Positions 17,995 to 28,147 of a DNA stretch of 64,000 nt are shown here, one piece after another (positions within the stretch are counted from its first letter, which is position 1; each line of letters starts with the position of its first letter). A program made the position numbers and the translations under genes. The stretch is from contig JBGTAJ010000048.1 of assembly GCA_041749915.1 (NCBI GenBank), positions 17,844 to 81,843 on the forward strand, in the 5' to 3' direction. The notes below the pieces were generated by a model, which had not been told where the DNA came from, made no database searches, and saw nothing but the letters and a program-made list of their open reading frames with translations. The DNA is from Flavobacteriales bacterium. Lineage in GTDB: Bacteria; Bacteroidota; Bacteroidia; Flavobacteriales_F; PHOS-HE28.

Positions 17995-19642
17995 GCTGTT
18001 TGAGCAGTACCCGCGCGTTCTCCAAGGCCTGCTTGGTGAGCTTTCGCCCGCTGAGCATCTGGGCGATGGCCTCCACGCGCTGCTCGGCGTTGAGCTGGTT
18101 CAGGGTGGTGATCACTCGGCCATCGGTACCGGACTTGCTCACCAACAGGTGGTGTGTGGCCTTGCTGGCGATCTGCGGAAGGTGCGTGATGGCGAGCACC
18201 TGGCGCTCCTTCCCCATCCGTGCCATCAGGCTGCCCACACGGTCGGCCACTTCACCGCTCACGCCCGTGTCGATCTCATCGAAGATCACTGTGGACAGAC
18301 CCTGAGAATCGGCGGCCAAGGAGATCAAGGCGAGCATCACACGGCTCAGTTCGCCTCCGGAGGCCACCTTGTCCAAGGGTGCAGGCGCACGGTCCTTGTT
18401 GGCGGTGAACAGGGCCCGCACGGCATCCAGACCTTGTGGACCGATGTCCACCTTGCGGTGGTCGAACTGAAGCACGGCGTCGGGCATTCCCAGGTCGTGC
18501 AGGATACGCTCCAGCTGAAGGGCCAACGGCTTCACCGCTTTCGTGCGTTCCTTGGAGAGCTCTTTCGCCAATGATATGGCCTTGACGGAATGCTCGGTCG
18601 TGCGGGACGCGAGGTCCTCGATACGTTCGTCCAGGGAGCTGATATGCCGGGTGCGCTGCGACAGATCGTCGCGGATGGCGATGAGATCCGCAGTGCCTGA
18701 TACGCGGTGTTTCTGCTGCAGGCGAAGGAGTTCATCGAGTCGCTCGCGTTTCTGCTGCGCTTCGCGTGGGTCCAGGTCCACACGGCCGATCAGGTGTTCC
18801 GCCTCGTCGGCGATGTCCTTGAGCTCGATGTACGCGGCGTTCAACCGTTCGAGCAGGGTGTTCACAGCGGCATCCAGGCGTGCGGGACGGGTCAGTGCCT
18901 GGCGGAGTGCGGCCAGCTGCGCCTGTAATCCCCTTTCGGCACTGATCCCCTCCTCCACCAGTTTCAAGGAACGCTGAAGTTCCTCGGCATGGTCTGCACG
19001 GGCAAGCTCCTGCTCCAAACGCTCCTGTTCTCCCTCCTGCAGCCTGGCCTGGTCCAGTTCATTCAATTGGAACTGGAGGAAGTCCATCTCGGCCTTCGAC
19101 CTCGCGGCTTCCGTCCGGAGCCGTTCCAGGTCTCGCTCCAGTTCACGCCATTGGATATATTCTGCCTCATAGGCCCGCAAACGTTCGACATTGCCTGCGA
19201 GATGGTCCACCAAGCCCAACTGGAACCGGGTGTCGTTCAGCAACAGGGTGTGATGCTGGCTGTGCACGTGGAGCAGCCGGGTACCCAGATCTCGCAATTG
19301 TTCCAGCTTCACCGGAGTGTCATTGATGAAAGCCCTGGAACGGCCACCGGGTTCCAATTGCCGGCGCATGATGGTGTGCGCTTCATAGGGAAGCTCCTGG
19401 CCGGTGAACCATGGCGCGAGGTCGAGATGCCCCAGGTCCACCTCGAGCTCGATCACGCAGCGCGCGCCGGGGTCACGCAGGGCACCGGCCTCTGCGCGCT
19501 CACCCATGGCCAGCGCCAAGGCTCCGATGAGGATGCTCTTGCCGCTGCCGGTCTCGCCGGTGATGATGGTGAGCCCGTTCTCCAGTGGAAGGTCCAGGGC
19601 CTCGATCAACAGATAGTTGCGGATGTGGAGTCGCCGTAGCAT
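17990..19642 (-). CDS. recN: DNA repair protein RecN
   Basis: TGETGSGKS Walker A, ASGGELSR signature, IFDEIDTGVSG, ITHLPQIA. Confidence 0.97.
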   Translation of the reverse strand: MLRRLHIRNYLLIEALDLPLENGLTIITGETGSGKSILIGALALAMGERAEAGALRDPGARCVIELEVDLGHLDLAPWFTGQELPYEAHTIMRRQLEPGGRSRAFINDTPVKLEQLRDLGTRLLHVHSQHHTLLLNDTRFQLGLVDHLAGNVERLRAYEAEYIQWRELERDLERLRTEAARSKAEMDFLQFQLNELDQARLQEGEQERLEQELARADHAEELQRSLKLVEEGISAERGLQAQLAALRQALTRPARLDAAVNTLLERLNAAYIELKDIADEAEHLIGRVDLDPREAQQKRERLDELLRLQQKHRVSGTADLIAIRDDLSQRTRHISSLDERIEDLASRTTEHSVKAISLAKELSKERTKAVKPLALQLERILHDLGMPDAVLQFDHRKVDIGPQGLDAVRALFTANKDRAPAPLDKVASGGELSRVMLALISLAADSQGLSTVIFDEIDTGVSGEVADRVGSLMARMGKERQVLAITHLPQIASKATHHLLVSKSGTDGRVITTLNQLNAEQRVEAIAQMLSGRKLTKQALENARVLLKQR

Positions 19643-19710
19643 GCCGGTAATTCTGTCAAGGACGTGCCGGGAAAGATGCGCACATCCGGCGTCATTTCCA
19701 CACCGGTGGT

Positions 19711-20616
19711 TCAGGATCCCCGCATGATCCCCTGGTACTGGCTGATGTGGCCGGGGTCAATGATCTGGAGTGTGTTGAAGACCTTGGTCTTTTCCTGCGG
19801 ATCGCCCTGCTTGAACAGTTCCACCAGCTCATTGTACTTGGCGTTGAAGAACACCTGGAGGTTGTAGCTCGCCGGTTTCGCCTGATGGACGGATTTGAGC
19901 TTTTCGATCTGGGCTGCGATCAAGCGTCGTGATGCTGCGGCGTCCTCGGTCATGGTGTCCATCCCCTCACGGTGGTAAGAATAGAGCAGGTCGCGGAACG
20001 GGCGGAACACGGGTTGTAATTGATTGTCCAGCAACCAGTACCGGTTCCGCTGGTCCTCGAAGGCCTTCCACCCGGGCTCACTGGTGCTTTGGGCATTGTT
20101 CAACACCTGCTGGGCCTGGTTATAGAAGTCGGTGCCACCCAATGGGGCGAAACTGTCCGCGTCCACGCCCAGCACGAAGTAGGCGTAGAACCCGAGGATG
20201 CTGCTCAGGTTGTTCAGGAAACGCTCCGGCGCGAACTCGATCTGGGTGTTCTCGAGGAAGTTGAACTTCACCTCGTTGTCCACAAGGTCCAACACAGGGC
20301 TGTTGTAGTCCGAACCAAATACCGGCCTTACGTAGATGACCTGAAGGGTGCCCTCGAAACGATCGGGTGCTGGCTGGCTGCTGATGGTGAGTAGGAGGTT
20401 GATGTCCAGGCGCTCACTGGGTGCGAAGTTCAGGTTGGTGAACCGGCGGTTCTGGAAGAATTCCTTGATGGCCACCTCCAATGTCTGGAACACACGGGGT
20501 TGGGCGTTGGCCACCTGGGGAGCGATCACACTCACCTGGCAGTTGAACTCCTGTGCCACCCCGGCAGGGCCCATCATCATGAAAAGGAGCGGTATCAGGA
20601 GCTTACTCATGCTCAT
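19711..20616 (-). CDS. porD: DUF4835 family / T9SS-associated protein PorD
   Basis: AQEFNCQV N-terminus, NRYWL motif, conserved position between coaBC and recN. Confidence 0.8.
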   Translation of the reverse strand: MSMSKLLIPLLFMMMGPAGVAQEFNCQVSVIAPQVANAQPRVFQTLEVAIKEFFQNRRFTNLNFAPSERLDINLLLTISSQPAPDRFEGTLQVIYVRPVFGSDYNSPVLDLVDNEVKFNFLENTQIEFAPERFLNNLSSILGFYAYFVLGVDADSFAPLGGTDFYNQAQQVLNNAQSTSEPGWKAFEDQRNRYWLLDNQLQPVFRPFRDLLYSYHREGMDTMTEDAAASRRLIAAQIEKLKSVHQAKPASYNLQVFFNAKYNELVELFKQGDPQEKTKVFNTLQIIDPGHISQYQGIMRGS

Positions 20617-21851
20617 ATGATCTGTTCAAGGCGGTCCAAGATAGCACAGGCCACGGCGGCCTTGCTCATCAACGGCAGTTCAACCGGATCAGTGCCCGGC
20701 GAGAGCAATGTCACTTTGTTCGTGTCATGTCCGAAACCCGCACCGCTGTCCCGCAATGAATTCAGGACCAACAGGTCCAGGTTCTTCCGATGGAGCTTGT
20801 CCGTAGCGTGCACCAGTTCATTGGTGGTCTCCAGCGCAAAGCCCACGAGGCGCTGGCCGGGGCGTTTATTGCGTCCCATGCCGGCCAGGATGTCCATGGT
20901 GGGTTCCAAATGCAGGGTCTGCTCGGCACCGACCTTCTTGATCTTCTGTTCCGCCGGGTGGGCGGGCCTGAGGTCAGCCACCGCAGCGCTCATCACGATG
21001 ATATCACTGTCCGGGGCGGAACGATCACAGGCCGAGGCCATTTCCGCGGCGCTGGTCACATCCACCCGGGCGATGCCCGGATGATCGATCTGCAGGGCCA
21101 CGGGACCACTGACCAGGGTGACCATTGCTCCACGCTGGGCGGCCTCCAAGGCCAGGGCAAAGCCCATCTTTCCGGTGGACCGGTTGCCGATGTAGCGCAC
21201 GGGGTCGATGGCCTCCTGGGTGGGACCTGCGGTGATCAGCATTCGCCGACCACGCAAGGGGCTGTTGCCCATGAGGTCGGCTATCAATCGGTCGACCACG
21301 GCGGCAGGTTCGGTCATCCGGCCTTCGCCGCTCAATCCGCTGGCCAGCTCGCCACGGTCGGGACCGATGGTCCGCACACCGCGTTTCAGCAGGATGTCGA
21401 GGTTGGCCTGGGTGCTCGTATCGCGGTACATCTCCAGGTCCATCGCCGGCGCGACATAGACCGGGCAAGTGGCGCTGAGGAAGGTGGCCAGTAATAAATT
21501 GTCACAGAGACCATGGGCCATTTTGCCCAAGGTGTTCGCACTGGCCGGGGCGATCAGCATCACATCCGCCCATCGCGCCATGTGCACATGGTCGTTCCAG
21601 GTACCCTCTCCTGCGCGGTCGATCAGTTCCGTCAGCACTGGCCTGCCGCTGAGCGTGGCCAGGGTCAGGGGGGTCACGAAGTCGTGGGCGGACCGGGTCA
21701 TCACCACCTGCACATGGGCACCGGCCTTGACCAGTTCACGCACCAGCACGGCGGATTTATACGCGGCGATGCTTCCGGACACGCCCAGAAGCACTTTGCG
21801 GAGCAGCGACCGTTCGATCATGATGGCGGTCCGTTCCGCTCCGAGGTTCAA
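20613..21851 (-). CDS. coaBC: Phosphopantothenoylcysteine decarboxylase/ligase
   Basis: GVSGSIAAYK, APASAN, TAGPTQEAIDPVRYIGNRSTGKMG, VGFALET (start may be ATG 21821). Confidence 0.97.
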   Translation of the reverse strand: MNLGAERTAIMIERSLLRKVLLGVSGSIAAYKSAVLVRELVKAGAHVQVVMTRSAHDFVTPLTLATLSGRPVLTELIDRAGEGTWNDHVHMARWADVMLIAPASANTLGKMAHGLCDNLLLATFLSATCPVYVAPAMDLEMYRDTSTQANLDILLKRGVRTIGPDRGELASGLSGEGRMTEPAAVVDRLIADLMGNSPLRGRRMLITAGPTQEAIDPVRYIGNRSTGKMGFALALEAAQRGAMVTLVSGPVALQIDHPGIARVDVTSAAEMASACDRSAPDSDIIVMSAAVADLRPAHPAEQKIKKVGAEQTLHLEPTMDILAGMGRNKRPGQRLVGFALETTNELVHATDKLHRKNLDLLVLNSLRDSGAGFGHDTNKVTLLSPGTDPVELPLMSKAAVACAILDRLEQII

Positions 21852-22195
21852 TCCTGATCAGGGGCGACCTCCGGGGTGGCCGCATCGGCGCGACGGTGGT
21901 AGATCTTGCCGTCCAGCATTTCCTGGATGGCCAGGGCCGCAGGCTTGGGCATCCGCTCGTAGTGCTTGCTCACCTCGATCTGCTCGCGGTTCTCGTACAC
22001 TTCCTCCAGGTTCTCACTGCTCACAGCGAACTCCTCGAGCTTGGCACTGAGCTCTTCCTTCACCTGAACGCTGATCTGATTGGCACGCTTGCCCAAGATG
22101 GCCACGGCCTCGTAGATGTTGCCCGTTTCCGTGTCGAGCAGGGATACATCACGGGTCACGGTGGTCTTGGCGGCGGTGGTCGGCTTGTTCATCAT
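21848..22195 (-). CDS. rpoZ: RNA polymerase omega subunit (Bacteroidota type)
   Basis: TGNIYEAV...KRANQI...ENREQIEVSK.YE..PKP; between bamD and coaBC. Confidence 0.9.
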   Translation of the reverse strand: MMNKPTTAAKTTVTRDVSLLDTETGNIYEAVAILGKRANQISVQVKEELSAKLEEFAVSSENLEEVYENREQIEVSKHYERMPKPAALAIQEMLDGKIYHRRADAATPEVAPDQD

Positions 22196-22998
22196 GGTGT
22201 TGGTCTGTTGTTCTCCCGTTCCAGTGCGGCACTCAGCTCTTTGTTGATCCGTTCGGCCTCTGGCAGGGAACCGCTCTGGGGAAAAGCGTCCGCGAAATTA
22301 CGATATGATCGGATCGCTTCGTTCAGGCGCTCCCTTCTCTTGGTCTCAATGCTGTTGAGCGCCAGCTCATGGTCGGCATGGAGGATGTCCAACATGGCCT
22401 GTTCCCGGAACCGGGAGTTCGGCCATTCGCGGTTGAAGTTGCGCAGTGCCACACTGGCCGCCTGGTAGTTCTGCATGTGGAAATACTGCTGCGCGGCCTC
22501 ATAGGCCTTCACCTCCAGCTTGTTACGCATCCGGTCGATCAGGGTGTTGCAGCTGTCCTTGAGCGTGGTGCGCGGATAGCGCACCATGAACAACTGCATC
22601 TGGTCGATCGCGCTCCGGGTATCCTGCTGGTCCAACTCGTGGCCCGGAGAGTTCTTGTAGAAACAATAGGCCGCCAGGAAGGAACACTCCTCAGCGTACT
22701 TGCTCGTGGGGAAGGTCCGAACGAAGTTGGACAGGTAGTAACTGGCCAGTGTATAGTCCTTCAGTCCGAAATGGGCCTTGGCGTGCTTGTAGTTCACCTC
22801 CTCGCTGCGCTGTGTACCCCTCGTCAGCACGATCAGCTCCTCCAGCAGGGGGATCGCACGGTCCCAGCTCTCCTTGTCAAAATACTCCTGGGCCGTGGTC
22901 CACTTGTATTCCAGGTCGGTGCTCTTCAACGCACGGTTGAAGTCGCTGCAGGAGACAAGCACCAGCGAGAACAGTAGAAGGAGGAACGGTCGGTTCAT
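22192..22998 (-). CDS. bamD: Outer membrane assembly lipoprotein BamD
   Basis: Lipobox LVSC, TPRs, LDQ..T..AI..Q.F...YP motif. Confidence 0.92.
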   Translation of the reverse strand: MNRPFLLLLFSLVLVSCSDFNRALKSTDLEYKWTTAQEYFDKESWDRAIPLLEELIVLTRGTQRSEEVNYKHAKAHFGLKDYTLASYYLSNFVRTFPTSKYAEECSFLAAYCFYKNSPGHELDQQDTRSAIDQMQLFMVRYPRTTLKDSCNTLIDRMRNKLEVKAYEAAQQYFHMQNYQAASVALRNFNREWPNSRFREQAMLDILHADHELALNSIETKRRERLNEAIRSYRNFADAFPQSGSLPEAERINKELSAALERENNRPTP

Positions 22999-23033
22999 GC
23001 GGCGTTCGAACGTGCGGCCCGTCCGGCGGGCGG

Positions 23034-23120
23034 CAAAGATAGTTCCCGGGGGATGAACGATCTGGCGTTGGCATCAACGGTATCCATCATCAACGTAGTA
23101 TTTGCTCACCGTTACATTTG
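23034..23120. promoter_or_regulatory. Divergent Bacteroidota sigma70 -7 elements
   Basis: TATCTTTG on minus (23034-23041, bamD operon) and TACATTTG on plus (23113-23120). Confidence 0.65.
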
Positions 23121-23195
23121 ACCCGCCGTTCCGCTGGAGCGGCCCACACCACCAGGAACCATTACACGCCGCCCAGCGGCAAAGGCACCATCGCC

Positions 23196-24443
23196 ATGAA
23201 CGACATCTTCGACAAGCTTCGCAAGGACCTCGGCCACATCGGTCGCCACGCCAAGGAAAGTCACGGTTACTTCAGTTTTCCCAAATTGGAAGGAGAGTTG
23301 GGGCCTCACATGACCTTCCGCGGCAAGCCCGTCCTGGTCTGGAGCCTCAACAACTACCTGGGCCTGGCCAACCACCCCGAAGTGCGCAAGGTGGACGCTG
23401 AAGCCGCCGCCCAATGGGGCATGGCCTACCCGATGGGCGCCCGCATGATGAGCGGCCAGACCAAGTACCACGAACAGCTCGAAGATGAACTGAGCGACTT
23501 CATGGGCAAGGAGGATACCTTCCTGCTGAACTACGGCTACCAGGGCTGCATGAGCGCCATCGAGGCCCTCCTCTCCCGCCACGATGTGCTGGTGTATGAC
23601 AGCGAGTGCCACGCCTGCATGATCGACGGTGCCCGCCTGCACATGGGCAGGCGATTCGTGTTCCAGCACAACGATATGGCCAGCCTGGACAAGCAACTAG
23701 AAAGCGCCCGCAAAGTGGTGGAGCAGACCGGAGGCGGCATCATGGTGATGACCGAAGGCGTGTTCGGCATGGCCGGCGACCAAGGCAAGCTCAAGGAGAT
23801 CGTGGAGCGCAAGGCCAAGTACAACTTCCGCCTTTTTGTGGATGATGCCCATGGTTTCGGCATGATGGGCACTGATGGACGTGGTGCTGCAGAGGCTCAG
23901 GGCGTACTGGCCGATGTGGATATCTACTTCGCCACGTTCGCCAAGGCCATGGCCACCATCGGGGCTTTCGTTTGTGCTCCGGAGGACGTGATCATGTACC
24001 TGCGCTACAACATGCGCAGCCAGACCTTTGCGAAGAGCCTCCCCATGCCGATCGTCATCGGCGCGTTGAAGCGCCTGGAGATGATCCGTACCATGCCCGA
24101 GCTGAGCCAGAGGCTCTGGACGATCACCAAGGCCCTGCAGGACGGTCTGCGCAATGCTGGCTTGGACCTGGGCGATACCAATAGTTGTGTGACCCCCGTG
24201 ATCTTGAAGGGTAGTCTTCCCGAAGCCTCTAATGTGGTGGTGGACCTGCGCGAGAACCACGGTATCTTCTGCAGCATCGTGGTCTATCCTGTGGTCCCCA
24301 AGGACGTCATGCTGTTGCGCCTGATCCCCACGGCATCGCACTCGCTGGAGGACGTTGAGCGCACCGTGAAGAGCTTCATCTCTGTGAGGGAGAAGTTGGA
24401 GTCCGGTGCCTACAAGAGCGAGAAGGTATTGGACATGAAGTAG
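23196..24443 (+). CDS. PLP-dependent alpha-oxoamine synthase, probably cysteate acyltransferase (SulA/CapB, sulfonolipid synthesis)
   Basis: GYFSFPKLEG, WSLNNYLGLA, PMGARMMSG, DDAHG, TFAK (PLP Lys) and QTFAKSLP rather than the SPT-type FSAS; recalled similarity to Alistipes SulA. Confidence 0.75.
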   Translation: MNDIFDKLRKDLGHIGRHAKESHGYFSFPKLEGELGPHMTFRGKPVLVWSLNNYLGLANHPEVRKVDAEAAAQWGMAYPMGARMMSGQTKYHEQLEDELSDFMGKEDTFLLNYGYQGCMSAIEALLSRHDVLVYDSECHACMIDGARLHMGRRFVFQHNDMASLDKQLESARKVVEQTGGGIMVMTEGVFGMAGDQGKLKEIVERKAKYNFRLFVDDAHGFGMMGTDGRGAAEAQGVLADVDIYFATFAKAMATIGAFVCAPEDVIMYLRYNMRSQTFAKSLPMPIVIGALKRLEMIRTMPELSQRLWTITKALQDGLRNAGLDLGDTNSCVTPVILKGSLPEASNVVVDLRENHGIFCSIVVYPVVPKDVMLLRLIPTASHSLEDVERTVKSFISVREKLESGAYKSEKVLDMK

Positions 24444-24465
24444 CACCTACACCCCACCTAAGCGC

Positions 24466-24491
24466 AAAAGGCCCCATTCGTGGGGCTTTTT
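24466..24491 (+). terminator. Intrinsic terminator
   Basis: AAAAGGCCCCA-TTCG-TGGGGCTTTTT. Confidence 0.85.
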
Positions 24492-24546
24492 CGTTCCGGA
24501 CCTGATGCAGGCTTTCGGCACCGAAGGCTCGCTACATTCGCACAGC

Positions 24547-25587
24547 ATGCCCGCCTCCTCCGCTCTTCTCAGGAACCTGCTGATCACCTTGTGCGTCCTG
24601 GCGCTGCTCTATTTGGGTCGCACCGTGCTGATCCCCTTGTTCTACGGTCTCTTGGTGGCCCTGGTGATATACCCGCTTGTCTCGCGGATGGAGCGTGCTC
24701 GCTGGCCGCGATGGGCGGCGATCGCCATGGGGCTTCTTGTCGTCGGAGTGGTCTTCGGTGGCTTGGTCAGTGTACTGGTCTGGCAGCTCAACGGCTTCCT
24801 GGGTCAGCTGCCGCAGCTCACCGGTCAGGACCAGAGCGGCTTCGGTGCACTGTGGACCTGGTTGAACGAGTTGCTCTCCGACCTGAGCGACGATCACCAC
24901 AACGAATGGTGGGGACCAGCATTGGACAACCTGCCGGGAAAGATGTCTCCCTACTTGGGCACGGTGCTCAATGCGCTCTTCGGCATGTTGTTCAACCTTT
25001 TCATCATCCCGGTCTTCGCAGCACTGCTCCTCTACAACCGGTCCACGTATGTGGCTGCCCTCACGGCACTGGTCAGTCCGCAGTGGGTGCACCGGGTTCC
25101 GCAACTGCTGCACAGTGCCGTGACGAACTATGCCCGCTTCATCCTGGGCATGTTACAGGTCTACCTCATCGTCGGGGCATTGAACACGGTGGGCTTTCTG
25201 CTACTTGGTGTGCCCAATGCGCTGCTTTTCGGCATGATCACAGCGGTGGCCACCATGATCCCTTACGTGGGTATCATCTTCAGTTCATTGCTCCCGATCA
25301 CCCTGGCCTGGACCGCCACGGGAAGCCTGTGGATGCCGGTGGGGGTTGTCTTTGTGCTGGGACTTGTGCAGTACCTGGAGGCCAACCTGATCTTCCCCAA
25401 AGTGGTGGGCGGTAAACTGGGATTGAACACCCTGGCCTCCCTGCTGATCATCTTCGCAGGAGGGTTGCTCTGGGGCATGGCCGGCATGATCCTCTTCCTG
25501 CCTCTGGCCTCCATAGCCAAACTCGTCAGCCAGGAGGTCCCGGAATGGAAAGCGGTCCGCTTGATGCTGGGAGAGGAAAAGTCCTAA
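24547..25587 (+). CDS. AI-2E family transporter
   Basis: Hydrophobic, IPYVG, QYLEANLIFPKVVG, WGMAGMIL.LP. Confidence 0.9.
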   Translation: MPASSALLRNLLITLCVLALLYLGRTVLIPLFYGLLVALVIYPLVSRMERARWPRWAAIAMGLLVVGVVFGGLVSVLVWQLNGFLGQLPQLTGQDQSGFGALWTWLNELLSDLSDDHHNEWWGPALDNLPGKMSPYLGTVLNALFGMLFNLFIIPVFAALLLYNRSTYVAALTALVSPQWVHRVPQLLHSAVTNYARFILGMLQVYLIVGALNTVGFLLLGVPNALLFGMITAVATMIPYVGIIFSSLLPITLAWTATGSLWMPVGVVFVLGLVQYLEANLIFPKVVGGKLGLNTLASLLIIFAGGLLWGMAGMILFLPLASIAKLVSQEVPEWKAVRLMLGEEKS

Positions 25588-25599
25588 GTCTTACTTCAC

Positions 25600-26196
25600 A
25601 TGCCCCGGATACTCGTCCTGTTCGCACATCCCCGGTTGGAGAGAAGCCGGGCCAACCGCGCACTGCTCAAACGCTTTCCCGAGCACCGGGACATCACCTT
25701 CCGGGACCTGTACCAGCTCTATCCGGACTTCAATATCGACGTGACGAAGGAGCAGGATCTGCTTGCTGCCCATGACATCGTGGTGCTTCATCATCCCCTG
25801 TATTGGTACAGCATCCCTTCCCTTCTGAAACAATGGATCGACCTGGTTTACGCCTTTGGCTGGGCGTATGGCCCGGGCGGTACGCAGCTTGGGGGCAAGG
25901 TCTCCTTCCACGTGCTGACCACGGGTGGTGCCACGGAAGCATACTCCGTCGATGGGTTCCACGGATCAACGCTGGCGCAGTTCCTATTGCCGGTGAAGCG
26001 TACCGCCACCCTGTGCGGTATGACCTGGCTGCCACCGTTCGCTGTGCACGGCACCAACCGGCTGAGCGATACCGAACTGGAGCGGATCGCGGAGCAGTAC
26101 GGCTTGTTGTTGAGCGGTCTGGCCAGCGGGTCATTGGTGCCCAGGGAACTTGTGGAACTCGAACGGTTGAACCAGGCCGTGCCTTTGACCATCTGA
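25600..26196 (+). CDS. kefG: KefF/KefG-type NAD(P)H oxidoreductase (flavodoxin-like)
   Basis: LFAHP...SRAN, DLYQLYPDF.IDV..EQ, HPLYWYS.P.LLKQWID; upstream of a Kef antiporter. Confidence 0.8.
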   Translation: MPRILVLFAHPRLERSRANRALLKRFPEHRDITFRDLYQLYPDFNIDVTKEQDLLAAHDIVVLHHPLYWYSIPSLLKQWIDLVYAFGWAYGPGGTQLGGKVSFHVLTTGGATEAYSVDGFHGSTLAQFLLPVKRTATLCGMTWLPPFAVHGTNRLSDTELERIAEQYGLLLSGLASGSLVPRELVELERLNQAVPLTI

Positions 26197-26203
26197 TCGA
26201 TCC

Positions 26204-28063
26204 ATGGCCAGTTTTCTCGCAGACGCTGTCGTATACCTCGGTGCCGCAGTGCTCTGTGTGCCCATCGCCAAGCGCCTAGGGTTGGGCAGTGTGCTCGGTT
26301 ACCTCCTGGCAGGCATGGTGATCGGTCCCTACCTCTTGGGCTTCATCGGTCAGGAGGGCAAGGACATCATGCATTTCGCCGAGTTCGGTGTGGTGATGAT
26401 GCTCTTCCTGGTGGGGCTTGAGCTGGAGCCCCTGCTGTTCTGGAGGATGAGGAAACAAGTGCTCGGTTTGGGCGGTGTGCAGATGGGGCTCACCACCCTC
26501 GTCCTTGGCGGAATGGCCCTGACATTGGGGTACACGTGGCAGGCTGGTCTTGCCTTGGGCTTGTCCTTCGCCATGAGCTCCACGGCCATCGCCCTGCAAT
26601 CACTGAAGGAAAAGGGTCTCATGCACACGGCCGCCGGCCAGAGCAGCTTTGCCGTCCTGCTCTTCCAGGACATCGCCGTGATCCCCATACTGGCCCTGCT
26701 GCCGCTGATGGCCATGGCTCCGGTGTCCGCGGCAGGTCCTGGTCATTGGTTCGACGCACTGGCAGGCTGGCAGCACACACTGGTGGTGGTGGCCGCCGTG
26801 GGCGGCGTGGTGGTCGTGGGCCGGTACGTGGTCGTGCCCTTGCTGCGCATGGTGGCCCGTACGCGCCTGCGGGAACTGTTCGTGGCCTCCTCGCTATTGC
26901 TGGTGGTGGGCATCGCCTTCCTTATGGAAAGCGTGGGCCTGAGCCCTGCCTTGGGCACCTTCCTGGCCGGCGTGGTGCTGGCCAACATCGAGTACAAACA
27001 CGAGATGGAAAGCGACCTCGACCCGTTCAAGGGCCTGCTGCTCGGGCTGTTCTTCATGGCCGTGGGGGCTTCCATCAACTTCGACCTCATCCGGAACGCC
27101 CCTGGCGCCCTGCTCGGCACCACCCTGCTGGTGATGGTCGTGAAGGTCCTGCTGCTGTTGGCCATCGGGCGTCGGGCGGGCATGGCCTTCGACCAGAACA
27201 TGCTGTTCGCGATCGGGCTGGGGCAGGTCGGAGAGTTCGCCTTCGTGCTGCTCGCGTTCATCGCCCAGTTGGGGATCCTCGATGGACCCGCGATCGATAC
27301 GCTGATGGCCATCACGGCGCTCAGCATGACACTTACGCCACTGGCCATGCTCGCCAATGAAAAGTGGATCCTGCCCCATTTCGGCACCAAGGCTAAAGAA
27401 GAACAGCCCGCTGATAGCATCGATGCCAAGCATCCGGTGATCATTGCCGGCTTCGGTCATTTCGGAAGTACGCTGGGGCGTTTGCTGCGAGCCAACGGGG
27501 TGCAGGCCACGGTGCTCGACAACGACAGCGACCAGGTGGACCTGTTGCGGCGCATGGGCTTCAAGGTGTTCTATGGTGACGCAACCCGGCACGAACTACT
27601 GGAGGCGGCCGGCGCGCAGGAGGCCGAGATCCTGGTCTGTGCCATTGCACCCGAAGCGGCACCGCTGCTCGTGGAAGTGGTCCACAAACACTTCCCGCAC
27701 CTCAAATTGCTGGTGCGTAGCAGGGACCGGAACGATGCGTACGAACTCATGGACCAAGGGGTCCTGCACGTCTACCGGGAAACGCTGGACACCGCGGTAC
27801 GTATGGGCGTGGACGTCCTCAAGGAACTGGGGACGCGTCATTACAGCGCCTATCGCGCAGGACAGAACTTCATCCGCTACGACCAGGCCGCGCTGAAGGA
27901 ACTGGCGGCAAAGCGCGGCGACAAGGTGGATTACATCGCGAGCGTTCGGGAGAAGATCGCCGACCAGGAGGACCTGCTCCGTAAGGACCTGCAGCACGAC
28001 CCTTCACTTGGCGATCATGCCTGGGACAGTGAGGCGATGAGGCAGGCCAACAAGCAGAACTGA
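26204..28063 (+). CDS. kefB: CPA2 K+/H+ antiporter KefB/KefC with KTN domain
   Basis: LGLGSVLGYL, AEFGVV, SSTAI, LLFQD, IIAGFGHFG, YGDAT. Confidence 0.85.
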   Translation: MASFLADAVVYLGAAVLCVPIAKRLGLGSVLGYLLAGMVIGPYLLGFIGQEGKDIMHFAEFGVVMMLFLVGLELEPLLFWRMRKQVLGLGGVQMGLTTLVLGGMALTLGYTWQAGLALGLSFAMSSTAIALQSLKEKGLMHTAAGQSSFAVLLFQDIAVIPILALLPLMAMAPVSAAGPGHWFDALAGWQHTLVVVAAVGGVVVVGRYVVVPLLRMVARTRLRELFVASSLLLVVGIAFLMESVGLSPALGTFLAGVVLANIEYKHEMESDLDPFKGLLLGLFFMAVGASINFDLIRNAPGALLGTTLLVMVVKVLLLLAIGRRAGMAFDQNMLFAIGLGQVGEFAFVLLAFIAQLGILDGPAIDTLMAITALSMTLTPLAMLANEKWILPHFGTKAKEEQPADSIDAKHPVIIAGFGHFGSTLGRLLRANGVQATVLDNDSDQVDLLRRMGFKVFYGDATRHELLEAAGAQEAEILVCAIAPEAAPLLVEVVHKHFPHLKLLVRSRDRNDAYELMDQGVLHVYRETLDTAVRMGVDVLKELGTRHYSAYRAGQNFIRYDQAALKELAAKRGDKVDYIASVREKIADQEDLLRKDLQHDPSLGDHAWDSEAMRQANKQN

Positions 28064-28086
28064 GGAGGACCGGTGCTCATGCTATT

Positions 28087-28120
28087 TATTTTCCATGGGA
28101 AATAGCTTGACCTACCTTTG
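28087..28120 (+). promoter_or_regulatory. Palindromic operator plus -7 promoter upstream of ygiD
   Basis: TATTTtCCATGGgAAATA (28087-28104) 8 nt upstream of TACCTTTG (28113-28120). Confidence 0.55.
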
Positions 28121-28147
28121 TGCTCGTCAGCCTCCTCCATCTCTTAC